Origin: an uncultured Chloroflexia bacterium
GTDB lineage: Bacteria; Chloroflexota; Anaerolineae; Anaerolineales; Anaerolineaceae
Length of the DNA stretch: 64,000 bases
Direction of reading: 5' to 3'
Assembly: GCA_963802275.1 (NCBI GenBank)
Contig: CAWDIB010000005.1
Coordinates: 84,089 to 148,088 of the forward strand
The notes beneath the pieces were generated by a model, which was given only the letters and a program-made list of their open reading frames with translations, made no database searches and was not told the origin of the DNA. This document shows positions 28,573 to 39,058 of the stretch, in pieces. Made by a program: the position numbers and the translations under genes. The first letter of the stretch is position 1; each line of letters begins with the position of its first letter.

Positions 28573-31097
28573 ATGGCTTGCTCCGCCCGGACGATGATGG
28601 TTTCCTGCACCTCGGGACTCAATTCCACAAAGACCGCGCTATATCCGCCTACCCGTACAAACAGATCACGGTATTCATTGGGATTCTTCTGCGCTTCACG
28701 CAAGGTGGCGCTGTCCACTACTGTGTATTGTGCCTCCACACCGCAGGCATCCACGAATTCGCGCACCAAATCGGACCATTTACTCAGTTCGCGGTCGGTC
28801 ATCACCGCCGTGGAATTGAAGCGCTGGTTGAAGGTAATGCCATTGGGCACCCTGTATGGGTCAATGGCGCGCGCCATGGAGCGATGGGCTGCAGTCGGGC
28901 CTGCCAGCGGCGCATATACCGAAGGACTGGTTGAATCCGCCAGGGGTTCACCCGAGGTACGCCCATCCGGGGTGGCGCCGGTGTATTTGCCCACCGGGAC
29001 GTAGTTGGACATGCTGATCAACCCGGTGACAAAATGACCGCCATGCGTGGTGGCATGGCTTTCATAGGCATCGTAATACATGCCCAGCGCTGTCCGCACC
29101 CAGTTATCCGCATATTCATCATCGCAGCCGTACTTTGGTGCGGCAATCGCTTTTCGCCGCAATTCATCATAACCCTCCCAATTGTGTGTTAGTGCGTCCA
29201 GTAATTCATTCCATGATACGGTTTTGGTCTTAAAGATCAAATAATCCACCGCGGCGAGCATATCGCCGGCATTGGCCGTTCCGATCGCCAGGCAGCCGGT
29301 GGCATTGTATTTGCAGCCGCCTGCATTCATATCCACTCCCGAATGGCGCGGTCCGGGATGCATGAGATTATGGAAGACCAACGGATAATAACGGGTGAAA
29401 GTGTAATCGTACACATTGTTGGCAATGACATTCATGCGCACCGCAAATTCAATTTGGATTTTTACTGCCTCCAGAAATTGCTGCATGGTGCTGAAAGTGC
29501 GCGGATCGCCCGTCTCCGGTGCGACCTGCATATTATTGACTGGATTCCGCCCATTATGAAGTGCCAATTCTATTGGCTTGGGCAGGTTGATCCAGCCGGC
29601 ATTATTGCGGCCGTTCATATCCGCGCCGCCGAAATTGGGGTCGGTGATGTTTTCCTGGCAGCCGACATCACCGTAATTGCGCGCATCCTTCAATTCCACT
29701 CCGCAGCAGCTGACAAGCGAAGGGATGATGGCTTCATCATTGATCAGGATGGGCAGTCCTCCCCCCAGACGGATGACCTCCAGGCACTGCCGCAGGAACT
29801 TTTGCGGTGTATCGCGGTGCAGGCGGACAGCCAGGTTGGGATCATTCAAGTGCACATGCGCATGCGCCTCCAGCAGCATGTAAGAAAGGGGATTGGTGAC
29901 ATCGCGGCCATATTCATCAATTCCGCCCAGGTTGACCTTGCCGTTATTGCTGCCGCCCGCGCTGCCAATGCTCAGCTTCAATTTGAAAGTCCTGGTTTCA
30001 TTCCATTTCAGGTAGAAACATTCCAATAATTCCTGGGCACGTTCGCGGCTGATGCGCCTGGCTTCCAGGTCAGCCTGCAGGTAAGGCAGCATGTACAGGT
30101 CAAACCGGCCGGCGGAATGCGAATCCCCGCTTTCCGCCATGCAGGTTCCCCCGCGCAGGAAATGGAAGGATTGCAGCGCTTCCCACCAGGTTTCAGCCGG
30201 ATGGGCAGGCACTTTCTCACATAATCGTGCCATTTCCAACAATTCCGCCCGCCGTTCAGAGTTCGTTTCCTTCGCTGCTTTACCACGTGCAAGTTCTGCA
30301 TTTCGCCGGGCATAGGTCAACAAACCTTCACTGGCGATCAACATGGCCTGGTATATATTGCGCCGTTCAAAATCCTCCACGCCACGCGGGTTGGATGAAT
30401 CAATCTCGGCTAAAGCTGCTTTTATTTCCTCTTGAATAGCCAGCATCCCTTTGTTCAAAAAAGTGGCGTAATCCTGGATGGTATGTGCCTGCCCGTTGCC
30501 AATCAGCGGGGAATACAGGGCTGCCTGGCCATATTTAACATAATGCCAGGCCTGCGCATCGTAATACTTTAATTCATTGAAAAAATAAATCTCACGTGCG
30601 CGCGTTTTCCAATAAGGCCAGATGATTTCTTTGAATGCCTTGCGGTCTTCCTCGAAAAATACGTAGCGGCTGGCTGCCTCGTCAATATAGGAATCCAGAT
30701 TGGCACCCTGTTCCCACTCTTCCGGTGAATAAGGCATGAAATACGGCACAAAATCAATGATGTGCGGACCGCTGGATTGGGTTCCCATGAATAGTTGTTC
30801 AGGGAGCAATTCAAGCGGTATCTCTTCGAAAACCTGGCGCATGGCCATTGCCCGGCGAATGGCGGGATGCAGCCCTTCCGTGGCCTGGTAGGAGCGGGTG
30901 ATGATGAGTGCCATCGTACAGGAGAGGCGTCTTTTGCCTTCTTCATAATGATTGAGCATGCCAGCGCGGATGCGCTGAACGCGCACCTCTGCCGGATGGT
31001 CAGGAGACAGGATCATCTCGCTGAATATTTCTCCCTGCCATGGCGCTTTGCTTTTGACCCACCAGGGAATTTGTTTCACAGAAATTTCTTTTCTCAT
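28569..31097 (-). CDS. glycyl radical enzyme of the PFL/glycerol-dehydratase (eliminase-type) family, substrate unknown
   Basis: 842 aa, intact. C-terminal glycyl-radical motif FVRVGGYSAVFVEL (Gly codon 28644-28646). Thiyl loop DVGCQENITDP (Cys 29658-29660, Glu 29652-29654). Confidence 0.85.
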   Translation of the reverse strand: MRKEISVKQIPWWVKSKAPWQGEIFSEMILSPDHPAEVRVQRIRAGMLNHYEEGKRRLSCTMALIITRSYQATEGLHPAIRRAMAMRQVFEEIPLELLPEQLFMGTQSSGPHIIDFVPYFMPYSPEEWEQGANLDSYIDEAASRYVFFEEDRKAFKEIIWPYWKTRAREIYFFNELKYYDAQAWHYVKYGQAALYSPLIGNGQAHTIQDYATFLNKGMLAIQEEIKAALAEIDSSNPRGVEDFERRNIYQAMLIASEGLLTYARRNAELARGKAAKETNSERRAELLEMARLCEKVPAHPAETWWEALQSFHFLRGGTCMAESGDSHSAGRFDLYMLPYLQADLEARRISRERAQELLECFYLKWNETRTFKLKLSIGSAGGSNNGKVNLGGIDEYGRDVTNPLSYMLLEAHAHVHLNDPNLAVRLHRDTPQKFLRQCLEVIRLGGGLPILINDEAIIPSLVSCCGVELKDARNYGDVGCQENITDPNFGGADMNGRNNAGWINLPKPIELALHNGRNPVNNMQVAPETGDPRTFSTMQQFLEAVKIQIEFAVRMNVIANNVYDYTFTRYYPLVFHNLMHPGPRHSGVDMNAGGCKYNATGCLAIGTANAGDMLAAVDYLIFKTKTVSWNELLDALTHNWEGYDELRRKAIAAPKYGCDDEYADNWVRTALGMYYDAYESHATTHGGHFVTGLISMSNYVPVGKYTGATPDGRTSGEPLADSTSPSVYAPLAGPTAAHRSMARAIDPYRVPNGITFNQRFNSTAVMTDRELSKWSDLVREFVDACGVEAQYTVVDSATLREAQKNPNEYRDLFVRVGGYSAVFVELSPEVQETIIVRAEQAI

Positions 31098-31200
31098 TAA
31101 TAACCTTCGCTACGGAAAAACTGAAAGTTATTATAATTTATGCCAAGAGCAGATAGGGATTCAAACCTGCCTGACTCAACATTAGACTTGGAGATATGCC

Positions 31201-32133
31201 ATGAAAAAGAAAATTGCCGTTATCGGCATGGGCGGCATTGCCCAGAAAGGCCATCTGCCGGTTCTCACTGCCATGCCTGGATTGGAACTTTTCTTTCATT
31301 CCCGCACGGCTGATAAGGTCAAGGAGTTGGCTGATTTATACCGTGTGCCCAAATGGACCACCAGTCTGAATGAATTATTCAGCTGGAAACCGGATTGCGC
31401 CTTCATCCTCACGCCCACCCCCTCCCATTATCAATTGGCATCCGCCTGCCTGGAGGCAGGCATGGATGTCTTCACCGAAAAACCAGCCACTGAAAGCGCT
31501 GCCGAAACCCGCAAACTGGCTGAGTTGGCTGATGCCAAAAAAAGGATCGCCATGGTGGCCTTCAACCGGCGCTATGCCCCCTTATCCGTTCAAGCCAGAG
31601 AGCTGTGGGGCAAGCGGGCTGTGACGCTGGCCAATATTCAAAAAAGCCGCACCAAACCCGGATTCAGAGGCCTGCCGATGCATGTTTCCGAGGAACTGGT
31701 GCATGTCATTGACATCCTGCGCTTTTTTGGCGGCGAAGCAAAAGTCCTCACCACCCACTACCGATTGGACCGCGACGACATGGTGGTGGAAGTAGTCAGC
31801 GTGCTGGATTATGAAGAAGGTGGTTTGGCAACCATCACCGCCAGCCTGCAAGCCGGACACTGGTACGAGCATTACGAACTCAACGGTGAAGCTGCCACCC
31901 TCAATCTGAATGTTTTTTCTGACCTGCATTTTACTGAGCAGGAATGCACCCAGTCCTGGAAGGAACCCTACGATAGCACCTGGACGACCAACCTGTTCGG
32001 GCGCGGATTTGTGGGACAGATCGAACATTTTTTGCAATGCGTTGAATCCCGCCAGCAGCCGCAAACCAATCTTTGGGATTGTGCGAAAACCCAGCAGCTT
32101 GTGGAAGGCATCATCGCTAAAGCAGGCAAATAA
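31201..32133 (+). CDS. Gfo/Idh/MocA-family NAD(P)-dependent oxidoreductase
   Basis: N-terminal Rossmann motif KIAVIGMGGIAQKGHLP and the EKP motif (VFTEKPAT). Divergent from the GRE across a 103-bp gap. Confidence 0.75.
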   Translation: MKKKIAVIGMGGIAQKGHLPVLTAMPGLELFFHSRTADKVKELADLYRVPKWTTSLNELFSWKPDCAFILTPTPSHYQLASACLEAGMDVFTEKPATESAAETRKLAELADAKKRIAMVAFNRRYAPLSVQARELWGKRAVTLANIQKSRTKPGFRGLPMHVSEELVHVIDILRFFGGEAKVLTTHYRLDRDDMVVEVVSVLDYEEGGLATITASLQAGHWYEHYELNGEAATLNLNVFSDLHFTEQECTQSWKEPYDSTWTTNLFGRGFVGQIEHFLQCVESRQQPQTNLWDCAKTQQLVEGIIAKAGK

Positions 32134-32155
32134 ATCCTTTCTCTAAAAGATTATA

Positions 32156-32183
32156 TTGACAAAATAGAAATTCATTGTATAAT
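32156..32183 (+). promoter_or_regulatory. near-consensus sigma-70 promoter TTGACA-16 nt-TATAAT
   Basis: TTGACA at 32156-32161 and TATAAT at 32178-32183, read directly. Confidence 0.6.
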
Positions 32184-32213
32184 GGTATAGTGGTTATACC
32201 AATATACCATTAT
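32179..32213. promoter_or_regulatory. perfect 11-bp inverted repeat ATAATGGTATA-13 nt-TATACCATTAT overlapping the -10 element (operator-like)
   Basis: Left arm 32179-32189 and right arm 32203-32213. A third TATACC half-site lies at 32195-32200. Confidence 0.5.
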
Positions 32214-32236
32214 ATTAATTAAATAAAGGAGCAAAA

Positions 32237-32395
32237 ATGAAATTCGATATCACCAAAAGCATTGGCATGCTACTGCTGGCCATCTGGCTGATCCTGATGG
32301 GTTTATCTTTATTCATCCCCGCTATTGCTGACCTCAACCAGATCCTGTCCGTGCTCGCCATTGCTGCAGGCGTTTTCATCCTGCTGGATAAGTAA
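32237..32395 (+). CDS. unannotated small membrane protein (52 aa, two predicted TM helices)
   Basis: Below the ORF-track size cut-off. AAGGAG lies 7 nt upstream of the ATG. My translation is MKFDITKSIGMLLLAIWLILMGLSLFIPAIADLNQILSVLAIAAGVFILLDK*. Confidence 0.55.
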   Translation: MKFDITKSIGMLLLAIWLILMGLSLFIPAIADLNQILSVLAIAAGVFILLDK

Positions 32396-32443
32396 TTTTC
32401 ACTGTTCGGGAAATTCCTCCCTTTCAGCCCGGCCGCCAACCCC

Positions 32444-34536
32444 TTATTGGCGGCTGGCTGGAGGGAGGTTTTTCTTTATTTTTAGCGAATCGGATTCCAT
32501 TTCCTCCCCGGCCAGTAAGGCGGCTTTCTTCCACGGCGGCAGGTTGGAATCCTCCACCATCAAGCGGCGTATTTCCAGCATCTGGTCGCGCAGCACCGCC
32601 GCCCGCTCAAACTCCAGGTCCTTGGCAGCCTGTTTCATCTTCTGTTCAGTCTCTTCCATCAACCGCCTGATTTCATCCCTCGGTAGCCGCGTGACGCCGC
32701 CATCCGCCTGGTAGGTACCATGGGCTTCCGCCACCGCTTTCTCGGTCAGACGGGCGGTGATGTCGTGAATCTCGCGCACGATGGTCAGCGGTTCAATATG
32801 GTGATCGTAGTTGTAGGCCTCCTGCTTGGCACGGCGCCGATTGGTCTCGTTGATGGCTGTCTTGATCGCGTCCGTCATCTGGTCGGCGTACATGATGACC
32901 TTGCCATGCACGTTGCGGGCGGCGCGCCCGATGGTTTGGATCAGCGCCACCGCGGAGCGCAGGAAGCCCTGCTTATCTGCATCCAGGATGGCCACCAGCG
33001 ATACTTCCGGCAGGTCCAGTCCTTCGCGCAGCAGATTGATGCCGACGATGACATCATAGACCCCCAGGCGCAAATCGCGCAGGATGCCCACCCGCTCCAG
33101 GGTTTCCACCTCGGAGTGCAGGTAATGCACCTTGATATCCAGTTCCTTCAAATAGTCGGATAGATCCTCTGCCATACGTTTGGTGAGGGTGGTCACCAAC
33201 ACTCGTTCGCCCACCTCCACCCGCTGGCGGATCTCACCGATCAGGTCGTCCACCTGCCCGGTTATCGGGCGCACTTCCACCTGCGGGTCCACCAGGCCGG
33301 TGGGGCGGATGATCTGCTCCACCACCGCATCCGCTTTTTTCAGCTCATATTCAGCCGGTGTGGCAGATGTGTAAATGGTGTAGCCCATCTTCTTTTCAAA
33401 TTCATCAAAGGTCAGCGGGCGGTTATCCAGTGCCGAGGGCAGCCGGAAACCGTAATCCACCAGGGTTTGTTTGCGCGAAAGATCGCCATTGTACATACCG
33501 CGGATCTGCGGGATGGACATGTGCGATTCATCAATGAAAAGCAAGTATTCCGAAGGCAGAAAATCCATCAGCGTCCAGGGCGGCGAGCCGGGCGGACGGC
33601 CGTCCAGGTGGCGGGAATAATTTTCCACTCCCGAACAGTAACCGATCTCGCGCAGCATTTCCAGGTCATACAACGTGCGCATTTCTAGGCGTTGAGCTTC
33701 CAGTAATTTGCCCTGCTCTTTGAATATTTTCAACCGATCTTCCAGTTCTGCTTCGATATTCTGATGGAGGTTTTCAGACGCTCTTCATCGGTGATGTAAT
33801 GCTTGGCCGGGTAGATTTCCACCTGCGGCAGTTCCTGAATGATCTCACCGGTCAGCGGATTCAGCGAGACGATGCGTTCCACCTCATCCCCGAAGAAGGC
33901 GATGCGATACGCCAGGCTCTTTTCGTACGCCGGAAAGATTTCCAGGGTATCCCCGCGCACGCGGAAGACACCCTGGCGCAGCTCCAGGTCATTACGGGCA
34001 TAATGGCTTTCGATCAACTGGCGCAGCAGGACATTGCGGCGGTACACTTCCCCCTGGCGTAAAGACATGACCACCCCGGCATACTCTTCCGGGCTGCCCA
34101 GTCCATAGATGGCGGAAACTGATGCGACCACGATGACATCCTTGCGGGACACGATCGAAGTGGTCGCTGCCAGCCGCAGACGCTCAATTTCTTCATTAAT
34201 ATCTGTTTCTTTTTCAATGTAGAGGTCCTGGCGGGGGACATAGGCCTCCGGTTGGTAATAGTCATAATAGGAAACGAAGTATTCCACCGCGTTGTCCGGG
34301 AAAAAATCCTTGAATTCGGCATACAGCTGGGCAGCCAGGGTTTTGTTGTGCGCCATCACCAGCGCCGGCAGCTGCAATTCATTGATGATATTTGCCATGG
34401 TAAAGGTCTTGCCGGTGCCGGTGGCACCCAGCAGCACCTGGTGACGCTTGCCGGCACGGATGCCTTCCAATAATTGGCGGATGGCTTCCGGTTGATCACC
34501 CATTGGCTGATAAGGTGCCTGCAGTTTAAAGCTCAT
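32444..34536 (-). pseudogene. uvrB: excinuclease ABC subunit B, one apparent frameshift
   Basis: N-terminal ORF 33730..34536 ([22 protein letters not shown]) and C-terminal ORF 32444..33733 ([15 protein letters not shown], helicase C motifs, UVR domain). The frames join as ...[25 protein letters not shown] if the AA at 33759-33760 (minus-strand sense) were AAA. Confidence 0.9.
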
Positions 34537-37500
34537 GTTGATTCCTTTTTCCCATTTCTGGATAATTCAATGATCAATTTAAGCACCTCTTCCAGGCGGG
34601 TTTGCCAGTTTTCCTTCATTTTATCAAAGGGCATCCAGTAGGCATTGCGGCCGGCACGGGCTTGCTCGCCCAGCGACGGGAGGTCCTTTTTTACTCCTTT
34701 TTCCATAGGGGGCGGATAGCGCAGCACCAACTGACCGCTCTCGATGGCAACGGAAGCCAAACCGGCTTTCTCCGCCAGCAGACGGAACTTCAACTGGAGA
34801 AACAGGTTTTGCACTTCTGGTACCAGCGGACCAAATCGGTCAACGAATTCCTCCTTCATCTTATCGATCTGCTCTTCAGACTGGATATCCGCCAGGCGGC
34901 GGTAAAGCTGCACGCGCACGTTCGGGTCGCGTACATAATCCATCGGGATGCTCACCGACAGGGGCAATTCCACCACCACCAGCGGTTTGATACCTTTGAA
35001 GGGTATTTGCAGGGAGGTCTTTTCAAACTCATCGACCTTCTTCAGTTCATTGACCGCCTGGTTCAGCAAACGCGTATAAAGATGAAATCCCACCGAAGCA
35101 ATATGACCAGACTGCTGCGTGCCCAGCAGGTCCCCCGCCCCGCGCATTTCCAGGTCGCGCATGGCAATGGAATAGCCGGAGCCCAATTGGCTGTTCTCGG
35201 CAATGATCTCCAGCCGCTCGCGGCCTTCAGCTGTGGGCGCTTTGCGGTGGTTGAAAAAGAAATAGGCATATGCCCGCTGCGCCCCGCGCCCCACCCGGCC
35301 GCGCAGCTGATACAACTGCGCCAGCCCGAAGGTATCCCCGCGGTCGACGATGAGGGTGTTAGCGTTGGGGATGTCCAATCCGGATTCAATGATGGAGGTG
35401 GACAGCAGCACATCCACGTTACCATGGGTGAACTGGTGCATCACTTCCGCCAGCTGATTTTCCGCCATCTGTCCATGGGCAACCGCAATGTTCGCTTCCG
35501 GCACCAGCCGCCTGAGCTGGTTGGCCATGCTTTCAATGGTTTGCACGCGGTTATGCACAAAGAAAACCTGCCCGTGCCGGTCCAGTTCGCGCAGCATCGC
35601 CCGCCGCACGATGGCTGGATCATACGCGCCCACATGCGTGCTGACCGGCAGCCGATCAGAGGGGGGCGTATTGATGATGGAAATATCACGCACCCCGGAA
35701 AGCGACATGTACAAGGTGCGCGGGATGGGCGTGGCGGTGAGGGTGAGCACATCCACCTCGGTGCGGAATTTCTTTAAATGTTCCTTGTGGGCAACCCCAA
35801 AGCGCTGCTCCTCGTCAATGATGAGCAAGCCAAGGTCCTTGAAAGACACATCCTGCTGCACCAGGCGGTGCGTGCCGATGACAATATCCACTTCACCCGC
35901 TGCAAGCTGCTCCAGGATCCTATCCTGCTCGGCTGCCGTCTTGAAGCGGGAAAGCATGGCTATTTTTACCGGGAAGGGGGTAAGGCGTTGCTCAAAGGTT
36001 TCAAAATGCTGCTGCGCCAGGATGGTGGTGGGCACCAGCATGCCCACCTGCTTGCCATCCATGACCGCCTTGAAGGCTGCCCGCAGGGCCACCTCGGTCT
36101 TGCCGTAGCCGACATCCCCGCATAAGCAGGCGGTCCATCGGGCGGTGCTTTTCCATGTCTGTCTTGACTTCAGCGATGGCGCGTACCTGGTCGTCGGTTT
36201 CTATGTAAGGAAAACTGGCTTCCAATTCTTTTTGCCATACAGTATCAGGCTGGAAGGAGAATCCTTCCGCCGTTTCGCGCCGCGCATACAGGTCGAGCAA
36301 GTCCCAGGCCACCTTATGCACCGCTCCGCGCACGCGCGTCTTGGTCGCCTGCCATTCGGGGGTTCCCAGGCGGGTAGGATGCGGCGGGCGCTCATCGGGA
36401 CCGACATACAGGCTGATGCGGTCCGCCTGGTGCACCGGCACGAACAACTCGTCATCATCGGCATATTCCAGCTGCAGGAATTCGCGGTCGGCGCCTTCCA
36501 GCGTCCGCCTGACCAAGCCCATGAAACGCCCGATGCCGTAATCGACATGCACCACCCAATCGCCCGCTTTTAGATCAGCATAACTGGTTTCAGGGCTTTC
36601 ACCTTTGAAGCGGGTGCGCCGGCGGGGCTGTGGTCGCTCCCAGCCGAAGATTTCGCCATCGGTCAGGATAACCAGTTCGCTCCTGTCCGGGTAAGTTAAA
36701 CTGAACCCCTGGCTGAGCGATGCTTCAATGATCTGGAGGTTGGATGTTTCCGTCTCCCCTTCAGACTGATCCTGCCATAATTCCCGCAGCCGTGCTGCCT
36801 GGCGGGAAACGATGGCAACCTGGTTCTTGCGCCAGACTGCCCGGCGCACAAATTCCATCAGCTCTTCCAGCTTGCCGCCAAAACGCGGTGCGGATGAAAA
36901 ATTTGAGCCCAGGTCTTGCGCTTGTTTTTCACCTGAATATCCCAGGTCAAGCCAGGAGATGCGCACACGCGTATCGGTCAGTTCCGACCAGGTGAGGTAA
37001 GGGGTGGGAAAGCCCTCATCAATCCATCCGGCAGTGATGGCTTCCTGGCGCAGCGGAAGGGATTGCTCTTCAATTTCAGTGGCAACCGTCTCAAGGTAAC
37101 CGGCATCATCCTGGACAATCAGCGCCTTTTCCGGCAGGTAATCCAGCATACTGGCCGGGGTGGGATGAATGAGCGGCAGTTCAAACTCGTCCACGCTCTT
37201 TTCGGAAATTTCGCCGCCATCCTCTTCAACCAGCTGAAAAACTTCACGGGCGGGGGTTAAAAAGACCGTCTCCAGTTTTTGCACCGAGCGCTGGCTGGCC
37301 GGGTCGAAGGTGCGAATGGTTTCCACCTCGTCGCCAAAGAATTCCAACCGCACCGGCAGATCTGCGTTGGGCGCCCACGCATCCACGATCCCGCCGCGGT
37401 GGGATACCTGCCCGGCCGCAACGACGACTTCCTGCACTTCGTACCCCCCGCGAACCAGTTTCTTTAAAAGAGAGGTCAATGCAATGGACTGACCCTGGTG

Positions 37501-37950
37501 TAGCGCCAGGCAATTGCTGAGGAAATCCCTTCGCGGCAGGGTGCGCGTCATCAACGCCTTGACCGTGGTGATGATCAATGGCTTATCCACCTGCTTGCGG
37601 CCCGGCACCCAATCATCTGCCAGTGCGGCCAGCGCCTTGATGCGCTCCCAGCGCACCGTCTCACCCCAGGCGATCTTCTCATAAAAAAGCGCCGGCGGTT
37701 CGGCAAAATTTAATATGCGCATGCCGGGCGACCAAAAATTCAACTCCTCCTGCACCACCTGCGCCTGGTCGGAATGTGCCAGGATGTACACCAGCGGTCC
37801 TTTCAATTGGGGCAGCATTTCAGCCAGCATGGGTAGCCGGGCTGCCCGTGAGATGGCTACCGGCCTTAGTTGGCCTTCCGCATTGATTTCTTCCAACAAT
37901 TGATGGAAGGCTGGCAAGCGGTCAAAACCGTTCGGGATGGGTGAGGTCAT
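34533..37950 (-). pseudogene. mfd: transcription-repair coupling factor Mfd, one apparent frameshift
   Basis: ORF 36001..37950 (N-terminal UvrB-homology and RNAP-interaction parts) and ORF 34533..36092 (helicase motifs DEEQRFGV, TATPIPRT, TRG region). They join as ...[23 protein letters not shown]... if one base near 36124 is removed. Confidence 0.9.
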
Positions 37951-38562
37951 TTAGACGATGAGATGATTGAACCTGGTCATGGCAGCGCGGATGCCCTCGA
38001 TGAGAAAGGTTTCCGCTGCCTGTTGAGCGTGGTCCAGCAGAATGGGCAGCAATTCTTCCTCAGCCGCGCTGAAATTTTGCAGGACATAATCCTCCACTGC
38101 CATCCTCCCCGGTGGCCGGCCGATACCCAATCGCAGGCGGGGAAAATCACCGCTGCCCAACTGCTGGATGATGGAGGTCATACCCTTGTGGCCGGCTGAG
38201 CCGCCTTCCGCGCGCAGCCGCAGGGTACCCAGCGGCAGGTCGAGGTCATCGTAGATGACCAGCATCTTTTCCAGCGGAATTTTGTAAAAACGGAATAGGG
38301 AAGAAACCGCCTGGCCGGACAAGTTCATGAAGGTCTGCGGTTTGGCCAGGATGATGCGGTAGTCATTCCATTGTCCCACTCCAACCAGAGCCTTGTTGCG
38401 CACATGCTCCAGCGGGATTTGCCAGGTTTTTGAAAGCCGGTCCGCTGCACGAAAGCCGATGTTGTGGCGGTTGAGCCGGTATTCACGCCCGGGATTGCCC
38501 AGGCCGACGATGAGAAAGGTTTCTTTTTCCACTTTTTTCCCAAATAATTGTTTGAAGATCAT
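37951..38562 (-). CDS. pth: peptidyl-tRNA hydrolase
   Basis: LIVGLGNPGREY, NRHNIGF and GHKG motifs. ATG at 38562 with AGGA upstream; the ORF track TTG is at 38583. The stop abuts the mfd start. Confidence 0.85.
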   Translation of the reverse strand: MIFKQLFGKKVEKETFLIVGLGNPGREYRLNRHNIGFRAADRLSKTWQIPLEHVRNKALVGVGQWNDYRIILAKPQTFMNLSGQAVSSLFRFYKIPLEKMLVIYDDLDLPLGTLRLRAEGGSAGHKGMTSIIQQLGSGDFPRLRLGIGRPPGRMAVEDYVLQNFSAAEEELLPILLDHAQQAAETFLIEGIRAAMTRFNHLIV

Positions 38563-38629
38563 TTTTTTCCTGTAAAAAGGCAATTAGTTAGTTTAACATA
38601 AAAGGAAACGAAATGCAAAAATTTCACAG

Positions 38630-38690
38630 AAATTCGCGAGGCGATAGCTTTCGGATCCAGGCGGCGTCCCGCCGCCTGAAAATTCGCGAG
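38630..38690 (+). repeat. two copies of AAATTCGCGAG exactly 50 bp apart, flanking a perfect 7-bp GC hairpin
   Basis: Copies at 38630-38640 and 38680-38690. Hairpin ggcggcg-tcc-cgccgcc at 38660-38676. Confidence 0.6.
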
Positions 38691-39042
38691 TCGGTGGCTG
38701 GTGAAGCAATCTCATTTTTAAGATACAACGCTAAAGCTTATTTCGTCGCTGCGCTTCTTGTAAATGCTTCTGCGAGAAGGTCTTTGCTGAAGCAGTTTCA
38801 TAGGTTTTGCATCATCGCGTGAGTTTCCTTCAGGTTGCTGCACATTCCTCACAAAAGCAATGAGCTTTTTTTTTCGATATAGGCGACGCCCTCGTCGCCA
38901 TTCCAATTTTCACGATACAGGTGAGCCGAAACAGTCTAATTATTGCCTATTTGTTCAGCTAGTAACGTCGATATTCAACGAATACCATTGACGATTTCTC
39001 CAGTTTGGTGTGCAGAATGCCATAAAGGCAATAATCCCTGTA

Positions 39043-39051
39043 TGTTATAAT
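39043..39051 (+). promoter_or_regulatory. extended -10 TGtTATAAT, 7 nt upstream of the ATG at 39059 (candidate leaderless promoter)
   Basis: ...ctgtatgttataataatttttATGagc, read directly. Confidence 0.45.
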
Positions 39052-39058
39052 AATTTTT

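Noticed and set aside
34602-35777. Long antisense ORFs inside GC-rich genes. Examples are 34602..35777 (391 aa, opposite mfd), 6577..7335, 29343..30029, 44048..44926, 44926..45732, 50088..50738, 56946..57629, 12580..13062 and 51390..51974.
   Set aside because: Each lies fully opposite a gene with strong family motifs. Their translations are Arg/Gly/His/Pro-rich and low in complexity, with no recognisable domains. This is the typical shadow-ORF pattern of GC-rich coding DNA.
38613-38906. Track ORFs 38613..38822 (plus strand) and 38718..38906 (minus strand) as possible small proteins or toxin-antitoxin remnants.
   Set aside because: They are Arg/Ser/Lys-rich with no motif I can recognise and no SD. 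I treat the region as non-coding (see the finding on 38584-39058), although a decayed gene cannot be excluded.
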